Source of the DNA: an uncultured delta proteobacterium
GTDB taxonomy: Bacteria > Myxococcota_A > Polyangia > Fen-1088
Direction: 5' to 3'
Assembly: GCA_963767925.1 (NCBI GenBank)
Contig: CAVYGB010000013.1
Span: 128,001 to 192,000 of the forward strand
Length of the DNA stretch: 64,000 nt
Shown here: piece after piece, positions 28,710 through 37,359 of the stretch
Layout of the letters: each line of letters begins with the position of its first letter
Numbering within the stretch: position 1 is the first letter of the stretch
Translations under genes and position numbers: made by a program
The notes under the pieces: model-generated
The model's input: only the letters and a program-made list of their open reading frames with translations
Told to the model about the DNA's origin: nothing
Database searches by the model: none

Positions 28710-31061
28710 TCAGGGCGCGGCCGGCGGCTGCGCGGCCGGCGGCTGCTCCGGCGGCGGCTGCTCCGGTGGCGACCCGGGGGGGGGCTGGGGCGGCACGGCG
28801 TCGAGCTCGCTCAAGGCCTGCTCCAGCTCGGTGGTGAGGGCCTCGGGGATCTCGCGCTCGCCGTAGCGGGCCGCGCCGTAGTGCTCGCTGAGCTGGCTGA
28901 GGGCGGCGTGCCCGGGCAGCGCCGCCGCCTTCAGGCGGGCGGCGAACTCGCGCGGCGTCTCGTCGGGCGCCCGGGTCCAGCCCCGCCGGGCCAGCCGGGT
29001 GAGGGTGCTCTGGTACAGGCGGTAGATGCGCGGCCCCCCGTGGCGCGTTCCGCGGGAGGTCCGGGTGAACGGGTTGGCCAGGCGCAGGCGCCCGCGCAGG
29101 AAGCGGACCAGCAGGTAGAGCAGGGTGGCTCCCCCGGCCGCGCCCAGCATCCAGCGCAGGATGCGCTTGGTCTCGCGCAGGTCGAAGCTGGCCTGCCCCA
29201 CGCCCACGCCGCGGCCGATGCGGCGGGCGATGTCGATCTGCCGGCTGACGTCGTAGTCGATCACCCAGCGCGACCAGAAGAACTCCACCGAATCGAAGAG
29301 CTGGCGCACCCGCCCCATGCGCGAGCCGCGCCCCGCCGAGGGGGTGGCGTCGATGCGCACCCAGCCGGCCGGGCCGATGTAGGCCTCGACCCAGGAGTGG
29401 GCCCGGTTGTCGCGCACGGTGAGGTACTTGCTGATGCCGTTCCACTCGCCCCCGAGGAAGCCGTTGACGTAGCGGCTGGGCACCCCCGACAGGCGCAGCA
29501 AGACCGCCGCCGCCGAGGCGAAATATTCGCAGTGGCCCGCCCGCTGATTGAAGATGAAGTCCTCCAGGGGGTCGGCGATGCGTTTGTCCCGCTTGAGATC
29601 GGTGGTGTATTCGTGGGTCTTCTGCAGCCACTCGATGATGGCGAGCGCCTTGGCCATGGGCCCCGGCTTCCCCTCGGTGATCCGGCGGGCCAGCTCGCCC
29701 ATCCGGGGGGACAGGGTGGGGGGCACCACCAGGTAGTTGTCGAGCCGGTTGCCGTCGGCCTGCAGCTCGGCGAGGGCCCGCCCGCGCCGGAACAGCGCCC
29801 GGCCACTGGGCAGCCGGGAGTAGGCGAAGTAGCGGGCCCCGGCGAAGTCGGTGACCCCCGAGCCGGGCGACGATCCGACCACCCGGGTCTGGCGCAGGCC
29901 CACCTCGCCGCCGTAGCGCTTGTCCATGGTCAGCTTGGTGAAGGCGCCGGGCGCGGGCGGGGGGACCCGGAAGGCCAGCGGCTCGTCGAGGGCGAAGGCC
30001 ACCGGGTGCGACAGGCCCACCACGTTGATCTCCTGCTCCTCGAGGCCGGCGAGCTGGCGCTCCGAGCCCAGCCGGCGCAGGTCGTCCGGCGCCTCCGGGC
30101 TGCGCACCAGGTAGAGATCGCTGCCGTCCGAGGAGCCCGGCTCGTCGAGGATGGTGAGGCTGCCCCGGTTGCGCGAGCGCAGCCACTGCCCGTTGCTGTA
30201 GGTGTCGTAGACCGTGCCCCTCCAGTAGAGCAGCCCGATGGCGTTGTCCCGGGCGCCCTCCTCCTCGATCGTCTCCAGGCGGGGGACCCGCACCCACAAC
30301 ACGACGGTCTGGTTCTCGTTGGAGATGAGGCCGTGGTGGCCCAGCGTCACCTCGTCGGAGAAGCCCACGATGTTGACTCGGCGGCGCAGGCCTCCCGAGA
30401 GGAAGCCGATGCCGACCCGGGGGATCACGGCGAACACCATGATCGCCCCCACGAACACGCCCACCGCCATCAGCCCGGTGGCCAGGAAAAACGGCCGCCC
30501 CACCACCCGCCGCGAGTTGAGCACCCGCGCCGCCGTCACCTTCTCCGAGCCGGCCTCGGGCAGGTGCTTGATGAGGTAGTTGTCCTCGATCTCGCGCCGC
30601 AGGTGAAACAGGATCAGCGTCCAGGTGGCGAGGATGACGTAGGTGACGAACCCGAACACGAAGACGATGCTCTGGGCGAGCCAGGCCGCCGCCAGCACCA
30701 CCAGGAACGACAGGATGTAGATCTGGAGGTAGTCGCGGTTGTTGCGCCGGTGGAACAGCTTGTAGCCGAGCAGGAAGAGGACGACGTTGAGGATGGGGGT
30801 CAGCTCGGGCTCGGGGAAGCTGTCGATCACCTCGAACAGCGACAGCCCGAAGAAGGCCAGGGCCAGCACGTTGAACACCAGCCCGGCCTTGTCGAGGAGC
30901 TGACCCATGGTGGTGCCGGCCTCGACGAACCAGGAGAGGGCGCCCAGCACGAACAGCAGGATCCAGGTGGTGGCGGGGACGCTGCCGGTGGCCATCAGCG
31001 TGCCGAGGGCCGCCGCCGCCAGCAGGTACGACATCAGCTTGTGGACCGCCCGGAACCTCAT
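28710..31061 (-). CDS. DUF3488 / transglutaminase-like (TgpA-type) membrane protein
   Basis: N-terminal TM domain; YWRG..YD; triad GHCEYFAS, AHSWVE, WVRIDATP; C-terminal ETPREFA (DUF4129-like). Confidence 0.9.
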   Translation of the reverse strand: MRFRAVHKLMSYLLAAAALGTLMATGSVPATTWILLFVLGALSWFVEAGTTMGQLLDKAGLVFNVLALAFFGLSLFEVIDSFPEPELTPILNVVLFLLGYKLFHRRNNRDYLQIYILSFLVVLAAAWLAQSIVFVFGFVTYVILATWTLILFHLRREIEDNYLIKHLPEAGSEKVTAARVLNSRRVVGRPFFLATGLMAVGVFVGAIMVFAVIPRVGIGFLSGGLRRRVNIVGFSDEVTLGHHGLISNENQTVVLWVRVPRLETIEEEGARDNAIGLLYWRGTVYDTYSNGQWLRSRNRGSLTILDEPGSSDGSDLYLVRSPEAPDDLRRLGSERQLAGLEEQEINVVGLSHPVAFALDEPLAFRVPPPAPGAFTKLTMDKRYGGEVGLRQTRVVGSSPGSGVTDFAGARYFAYSRLPSGRALFRRGRALAELQADGNRLDNYLVVPPTLSPRMGELARRITEGKPGPMAKALAIIEWLQKTHEYTTDLKRDKRIADPLEDFIFNQRAGHCEYFASAAAVLLRLSGVPSRYVNGFLGGEWNGISKYLTVRDNRAHSWVEAYIGPAGWVRIDATPSAGRGSRMGRVRQLFDSVEFFWSRWVIDYDVSRQIDIARRIGRGVGVGQASFDLRETKRILRWMLGAAGGATLLYLLVRFLRGRLRLANPFTRTSRGTRHGGPRIYRLYQSTLTRLARRGWTRAPDETPREFAARLKAAALPGHAALSQLSEHYGAARYGEREIPEALTTELEQALSELDAVPPQPPPGSPPEQPPPEQPPAAQPPAAP

Positions 31062-32101
31062 GCGCTCTTGCGCGCGCCTCCGCCGCCGAGGGTCTCGACC
31101 GTCGGTCCGCCCGCGCCTCCGCCCGGGCGCACGTGCACCCGGGCCAGGTTGCGGGTGGCCGCGCCGGGCAGGGGGCGGGCGGTCCCATTTTGCACCAGGG
31201 CCAGCGAGGAGAGGATCTGGTGGGCCTGCAAGGCGCCTCCGGCCGGTGGGATGAAGGCGCCGCCGGCGGCGAGCGCCACCTGGAACCCACGCTTGATGAG
31301 CTGCACCGCGATCGAGGCGGCCATCGACACCGCCGCCTCGAACCCGGCCGGATCGGCCCGGGCGTCGTCGTCCAGCACCACCACCACGCTGCGGCTGCTC
31401 TCGTCCTCCGACTCGCGGATGAAGTAGCGGCCCCGCCGGGCCGAGACCCGCCAGTGGATGTCGCGGGGGTCATCGCCCGTGCGGTACTCGCGCAGGCCGT
31501 AAAACTCGCCCCGCCGGTTGAGGCTCTTGGTCTGCTTGCGGCCGTGTTCGACCCGCCGGCCGAAGATCAGGTGGTCGGCCACCGGCACAAGCGCGGGGAA
31601 GACCAGCAGGCGGGCGGGCGCGTCCACGTCGCGCGACTTGCGGATGAGGCCGAAGGGAAAGCGGGTCGACAGCCGGAACCCGGTCAGCTCGTGGTACCCC
31701 CGCTGGGGCAAGATGTTGCGGTAGGCCGTCTCCTGCACGCGTCCCGCGGGCAGCTTGAGGTAATAGCAGCGCCGGTCGACCGGGCGCCCCGCCACCAGGT
31801 CCTCCACCTCGAGCGAGAAGGTCGGCAGGCGGCCCTTGTTGTTGCGCACGGCGATCCCCATCAGGTAGGGGGTGCCGGCGTGGATGGCGGCCGGTGGCCG
31901 GCGGGTCACCTCCAGCCCGCGCAGGCACAGCTCGGAGAGCACGCCGCTGGCCAGGATGAGGAAGATCATCATCCCGAACACGAGGAACAGCAGGTTGATG
32001 CCGCCGTTGACCGCGGCCGCGCCGACCAGCAGCGTGGCCAGCAGGAACCACCAGCCCTCGCGCGTCGGAGGGAACCGTCGCGGGAAGCGGTACCGAGCCA
32101 T
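31058..32101 (-). CDS. DUF58 domain protein
   Basis: TRFPFGL, EFYGLREYRTGDDPRDIHWRVSARRG; between MoxR and the transglutaminase gene. Confidence 0.9.
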   Translation of the reverse strand: MARYRFPRRFPPTREGWWFLLATLLVGAAAVNGGINLLFLVFGMMIFLILASGVLSELCLRGLEVTRRPPAAIHAGTPYLMGIAVRNNKGRLPTFSLEVEDLVAGRPVDRRCYYLKLPAGRVQETAYRNILPQRGYHELTGFRLSTRFPFGLIRKSRDVDAPARLLVFPALVPVADHLIFGRRVEHGRKQTKSLNRRGEFYGLREYRTGDDPRDIHWRVSARRGRYFIRESEDESSRSVVVVLDDDARADPAGFEAAVSMAASIAVQLIKRGFQVALAAGGAFIPPAGGALQAHQILSSLALVQNGTARPLPGAATRNLARVHVRPGGGAGGPTVETLGGGGARKSA

Positions 32102-32114
32102 GGCCCCGCCCGTT

Positions 32115-33092
<978 letters not shown>

Positions 33093-33195
33093 TTGACCAA
33101 ATTATAACAGGAGGAGACGTAGCCCGGCACACCGGCGGCAGCGTCATTGCGGGTGTCATCTATGTGACGGTGCGGGCCAGCGCGCGCCGGAAGAA

Positions 33196-33250
33196 CGCCG
33201 GGCGTACGTCGGGCGTACGTCGGGCGCACGTCGGGCGCACGTCGGGCGCG
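33196..33250. repeat. 11-bp tandem repeat x5 (CGTCGGGCGYA)
   Basis: cgccgggcgta cgtcgggcgta cgtcgggcgca cgtcgggcgca cgtcgggcgcg in the divergent MoxR / lasso-cyclase intergenic region. Confidence 0.9.
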
Positions 33251-33423
33251 CCCGGCGGCGGCCTCCCGGTCGATTCCCTTCATATAAAGGGTGAGATCCC
33301 GTCGGGCCGGGGCCGAGGATTCTCGCGACGCTCAGCTCGGGCTACATCCCTTCCGTTGCCGCTCGTTGGTGGGTGGGTGTGGTGCGGGCGCGGGCGGGCG
33401 CGCCGGTGTGCTAGAGGGAGGCG

Positions 33424-35331
33424 ATGTCGATCCTCGCCGTCGTCGCCGCGTGGGCCGACGATCCGGCGCGCCGCGATCGGGCCCGCCGCATGATCGAGCC
33501 GCTGGCCGAGCGGGCTCCCGACGGCCGGGCCAGCGTCGAGGCTCCCGGCGCGGCGCTCGCCTTCGGCAAGCTCGTCGTCTCGCGCCGGCAGGGGCACGCC
33601 GCCCAGCCGCTCAGCGACGCGGCCGCCGGCCTTTACCTCGTCGCCGACGTGCGCATCGACAACCGCGACGAGCTCCGCCCGACGCTGGGGTTGCCCGCCG
33701 CCGCCACCGACGCCGAGCTCGTGCTGGCCGGCTACCGCCAGTGGGGCGTGGCCCTGCCCGATCACCTGGTCGGCGACTTCGCCTTCGCCGTGTGGGACGC
33801 CCGGGCCCGCCGCCTGTTCGCCGCCCGCGATCCCTTCGGCGTGCGCCCGCTTTATTACCGCCGCCTGCCCGATGGGGCGCTGCTCGTCGCCTCCGACGTC
33901 GAGTCGATCCTGGCCGTCGATCCCGGCGCCTGGAAGGTCGACGACCAGGCGGTGATCGACCACCTGCTGTCGGCCTGGCCCAGCCCCGAGCGGACCTTCT
34001 GGGAGCCGATCCGGGCGCTGCCCGCCGGCCATGCGCTGCTGGCCAGCGCCGCTGACTGCCAGGTGCAGCGCTGGTGGCGCCCGCCCGCCGTGCCCGCGAT
34101 CCTCGCCGACCACGAGACCTGTTACCGGGAGCTGCGCCGCCGCCTGCGCCAGGCGGTGGCCGACCGCCTCGACGCCGACCACCCGGTCCTCGTCCACCTC
34201 AGCGGCGGCTTCGACTCGACCGCCATCGCCACCCTGGCCGGCACGATCGAGGCCCGGGCGCCCCTGCGCGCGGTCGGCGCCGTCTACCCCGGCCTGGGCT
34301 GCGACGAGTCCCTCTACATGGACGCGGTCCGGGCGCGCCTGCCGTACCCCACCGAATACTGGGACGGCACCCGCCCGCTGTCCCTCGATCTGGACGCGCC
34401 CGCGCTGGCCGGGCCCGGCCTGCGCACCTGCCTCAACGACGGCACCCGGGGGGATCAGGAGATCGCCCGCAGGGAAGGAGCGCGGGCGGTGCTCTCCGGT
34501 CTGGGCGGCGACGTCTGGCAGCCCTGCAACGAGAGCCAGCGAGACTACCTGCGCCGGGGCCACTGGCGGCAGCTCTGGCAAGCGGCGTTCATGCGCCCCG
34601 GAATGTCCTGGGGAGGCAGGGCGCGGGTGCTGCGCTGGTCGCTCGGTCAGGAGACGCCGGAGGCGATCCGCGCGCTCGGCCGCCGCCTCCGCCGCCGGGC
34701 GCCCGCCGCGGCCCCGCCCTGGCTGGCGCGGCCAGCCACGCGCGATCCGCTGCCCCCCGCGCCCGAAGCGCAGGCCCTGGCGCGCTCACACGGGCTGGCC
34801 CAGGCCCGCCGCCTGCTCGATCTCGGCGGGCCGCGGCCGGTGCACGCGCTCGCGCGGATGCAGGTCGTCGCGGCGGCCAACCAGGTCGAGATGCGCTTTC
34901 CCTTCCTCGACGTGCGCCTGGTCGACCTGCTGTGGCGGCTGCCCCTCACCATCTGGGGCCCACCCGGATACCCGGCGCGCCTCCACCCCCTGGTGCTGCG
35001 CGACCTGCTGCCCCCCGAGGTGACGTCGCGCCGCTGGAAGACGGATTTCTCGGCCGCGCTGGCCGCCCGGGCCGCGCTGGCCTGGCGGGCGCTGCGGGCC
35101 CGCTCCGACCCGCCCGGTCACCTTCTCCTCGAACGCTACTGCCGGGGCTCCCACATCGCCGCGCTCGCCGGCGCCGACCTGCCGCAATCGCCGCTAAAAG
35201 CCGATCGCTGGAGCGAGATCTGGCGCCTGGCCGTCCTTGAGGCCTGGCTGGAGATGGTCTATGGTCAGGCCCGCAGTCGCCTAACTTCGAGGGGGGAACA
35301 TGGACACTGGCCCGAAAGCAACAATCGTTGA
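33424..35331 (+). CDS. Asparagine-synthetase-like lasso peptide cyclase (C protein)
   Basis: RIDNR, GDFAFAVWD, RDPFGVRPLYY, HLSGGFDST, LSGLGGD, EMRFPFLD; no N-terminal catalytic Cys (MSILA), as in lasso cyclases; adjacent to the precursor and B2. Confidence 0.88.
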   Translation: MSILAVVAAWADDPARRDRARRMIEPLAERAPDGRASVEAPGAALAFGKLVVSRRQGHAAQPLSDAAAGLYLVADVRIDNRDELRPTLGLPAAATDAELVLAGYRQWGVALPDHLVGDFAFAVWDARARRLFAARDPFGVRPLYYRRLPDGALLVASDVESILAVDPGAWKVDDQAVIDHLLSAWPSPERTFWEPIRALPAGHALLASAADCQVQRWWRPPAVPAILADHETCYRELRRRLRQAVADRLDADHPVLVHLSGGFDSTAIATLAGTIEARAPLRAVGAVYPGLGCDESLYMDAVRARLPYPTEYWDGTRPLSLDLDAPALAGPGLRTCLNDGTRGDQEIARREGARAVLSGLGGDVWQPCNESQRDYLRRGHWRQLWQAAFMRPGMSWGGRARVLRWSLGQETPEAIRALGRRLRRRAPAAAPPWLARPATRDPLPPAPEAQALARSHGLAQARRLLDLGGPRPVHALARMQVVAAANQVEMRFPFLDVRLVDLLWRLPLTIWGPPGYPARLHPLVLRDLLPPEVTSRRWKTDFSAALAARAALAWRALRARSDPPGHLLLERYCRGSHIAALAGADLPQSPLKADRWSEIWRLAVLEAWLEMVYGQARSRLTSRGEHGHWPESNNR

Positions 35332-35512
35332 GCCTGGCGAGGGTCAGCCGGCCCCGGCCTCGATCCCGTACGAGCCGCCGGCCGTCGTCCCGCTCGGCAA
35401 CGTGCACGAGCTGCTCGCGGGCGCCGGCAGCCGGACCTTCGACGCCATGATGGACACCCCGTCCTGCGGGACCTCGGGCGGCCGGTTCGACAACCCCCAG
35501 ATGGGTTGCTAG
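35300..35512 (+). CDS. Lasso peptide precursor (40-aa leader plus 30-aa core)
   Basis: GAGGGGG RBS; leader motif YEPPAVVPLGNVHELLA|G (YxxPx[LV]xxxG); core GAGSRTFD... with Asp8 acceptor. Confidence 0.85.
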   Translation: MDTGPKATIVEPGEGQPAPASIPYEPPAVVPLGNVHELLAGAGSRTFDAMMDTPSCGTSGGRFDNPQMGC

Positions 35513-35546
35513 CGGGGGGCCCGGGCTGCTCCCCGGCGCGACCCGC

Positions 35547-35942
35547 GTGACCGCCGCCGCGACGCTGCTGGCGCGCCTGCGCGCGGCCGCCGCCGACCTG
35601 TTGCAGGTGGCCGTCCTCGCGGTGCCCGTCGACCGGGCCCGCAGGCAAGAGGGCCCGCGCGATCTGATCGCCCGCCTGCGCCAGCGGGGCCGCCGCTTCT
35701 CCCCGCGAGACGCCGCCCGCCGGGCCGCCCTGCAGCGGGCGATCGCCCGGGTCGACCGCCTCTTCCCGGGTGGACCCAACTGCTACCGGCGCGTCCTCCT
35801 GGAGATCGCCCTCGACGGCGGCGCTGCCCGCGAGCCGATCTCCTTCGGCCTGCGGGCGGGAGGTGGCCCCGGGTCGGGGCACGCCTTCCTCGGCAGCGAG
35901 CCCCCTCCCTCGTCGAGCTACGACGCCGTCTTCGACCTGTAG
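35547..35942 (+). CDS. Lasso peptide B2-like leader peptidase (transglutaminase fold)
   Basis: GGPNCYRR (Cys) and GHAFL (His) with B2-like spacing; immediately after the precursor. Confidence 0.72.
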   Translation: MTAAATLLARLRAAAADLLQVAVLAVPVDRARRQEGPRDLIARLRQRGRRFSPRDAARRAALQRAIARVDRLFPGGPNCYRRVLLEIALDGGAAREPISFGLRAGGGPGSGHAFLGSEPPPSSSYDAVFDL

Positions 35943-36940
35943 ACCGCCAGCGCCCCGGCCAGCGCGGCCAGCCCGGCCGGCGCGCGGGCCCGCTCGCTCC
36001 GGACCAGCGCCCCCAGCGCCTGGCCGCTGGCGACGAACCGGCGCAGGCTCTCCGCTTCCTGGCGGCCCAGGAAGGTCGCCAGCAAGATGTCCCGCAGCGC
36101 CTCCGCCGCCGGAAGCGGCTCGGTCTCGAAGGCCGGCGCCCCCCGCCTCCCCGCGTCCAGGAAGATCAGCCTGGCGAGCGGGACCGCCGGCTGCCCGGCC
36201 GCCTGCGCCAGCCCCGCGCAGTCGAGCGGCTGATCGGGCTGCAGCGCCAGCGCGCGGGCGGCCTCCGCGCACCAGGCGTAGATCTCTTTCTCGGCCTCCG
36301 GGTGGCCCCAGGCCCGCCCGTCTCCGGCCGAGACCACCAGCAGCTCGTCGGTCCGCTTCGGCGTCTCGGGGGCGTCGAGCAGGCGGGCCACGGTGGACTT
36401 GCCGGCCCCGCTGGCGCCGCAGAAGGCGGTCAGCGCGCCCCCGATCTGACAGCTCGAGGCGTGAAGCACCAGGAGCCCCTGGGCGGCCAGGATCTTGGGG
36501 GCCAGCAGCCGCAGCCCGTGCTCGAGGGCGATCGGCAGCTCCTCGGGGCCGACGAGCAGGCGGAGATGACGGCCGTCACGGTCGATGCCGAGCAGCGCCC
36601 GCCCCCGGACGACCAGCGCGTATCCCCCCTCGGCCGGGCGGTAGGGGAGCTCGTCCGTCCAGACCGGCTCGCGGCGGGCGCTGGCCAGGGCGTCGCGCAC
36701 GCCGGCCAGCGCCGCGCGGGCCTGCTCGGGCGACAGGCCCCAGTGCCGGCGGGTGGCCGCCAGGACCTCCTCCCACGAGCCGCTCTCGGTGATGAACCGG
36801 CAGACCGCGGCCGCGCTGGCGTTGAGCGAGGAGTAGGTGCCGCTGTCGAGATCGAGGGCCAGTCCCCCTCCGGAAAACAGGGCGAAAACGTGGCGCGTGA
36901 CAAATTCCTGGATCGGCTCGGAGGCAGCAGAGACGTTCAC
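35918..36940 (-). CDS. HPr-kinase-related P-loop kinase with an N-terminal PqqD/RRE-like domain
   Basis: N-terminal ALDLDSGTYSSLNASAAAVC (PqqD-like); LVLHASS, Walker A GASGAGKST, TDELLVV; GTG start coupled to the PqqD stop. Confidence 0.75.
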   Translation of the reverse strand: MNVSAASEPIQEFVTRHVFALFSGGGLALDLDSGTYSSLNASAAAVCRFITESGSWEEVLAATRRHWGLSPEQARAALAGVRDALASARREPVWTDELPYRPAEGGYALVVRGRALLGIDRDGRHLRLLVGPEELPIALEHGLRLLAPKILAAQGLLVLHASSCQIGGALTAFCGASGAGKSTVARLLDAPETPKRTDELLVVSAGDGRAWGHPEAEKEIYAWCAEAARALALQPDQPLDCAGLAQAAGQPAVPLARLIFLDAGRRGAPAFETEPLPAAEALRDILLATFLGRQEAESLRRFVASGQALGALVRSERARAPAGLAALAGALAVYRSKTAS

Positions 36941-37230
36941 CGCAGCCTCTCGGCCAGACCGCTGGTCTCGAGCTCGACGCCGAAGCGGCCCACGTCGGAC
37001 CGGAGCCGGTCGGGCGGGACGTCGAGGCTGACCTGCAACTCGGCGCACACCTCCTCGAGCGTGCGCAGGCCATCGAGCCGGCTCCAGACCTCGGCGCCGA
37101 CCTGGTTGAGCTCGAAGCAGCCGCCGGTGCGGCCGTCGAGCAGCAGCGCCTTCTCGGGCAGCCGGCGGCACTCGACCCCGTCACGCCGTCGCAGCCGGAG
37201 GGCCAGGATCGAATCCGACGAATCCGACAT
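36937..37230 (-). CDS. PqqD family RiPP recognition element (lasso B1/E-like)
   Basis: LLLDGRTGGCFELNQVGAEVWSRLDG..TLEEVC..L....DV....LRSDVGRF..EL...GL, a typical PqqD pattern in 97 aa. Confidence 0.9.
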   Translation of the reverse strand: MSDSSDSILALRLRRRDGVECRRLPEKALLLDGRTGGCFELNQVGAEVWSRLDGLRTLEEVCAELQVSLDVPPDRLRSDVGRFGVELETSGLAERLR

Positions 37231-37359
37231 TGCCTGCGGCCATCGTACCATCGGGGGCGAGCGGGGTGCACTGGTTGCACTTGACGACCGTCGGGGATTC
37301 TGTCGTCCTGATACCGACATCCTGTGCCGTTCAGCGCACTTATGACGAAAGGAAAGCCT

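Noticed and set aside
33424..35331. Ordinary glutamine-hydrolysing asparagine synthetase AsnB
   Set aside because: It lacks the N-terminal nucleophile Cys and is flanked by a YxxP-leader peptide, a B2-like protein and an RRE.
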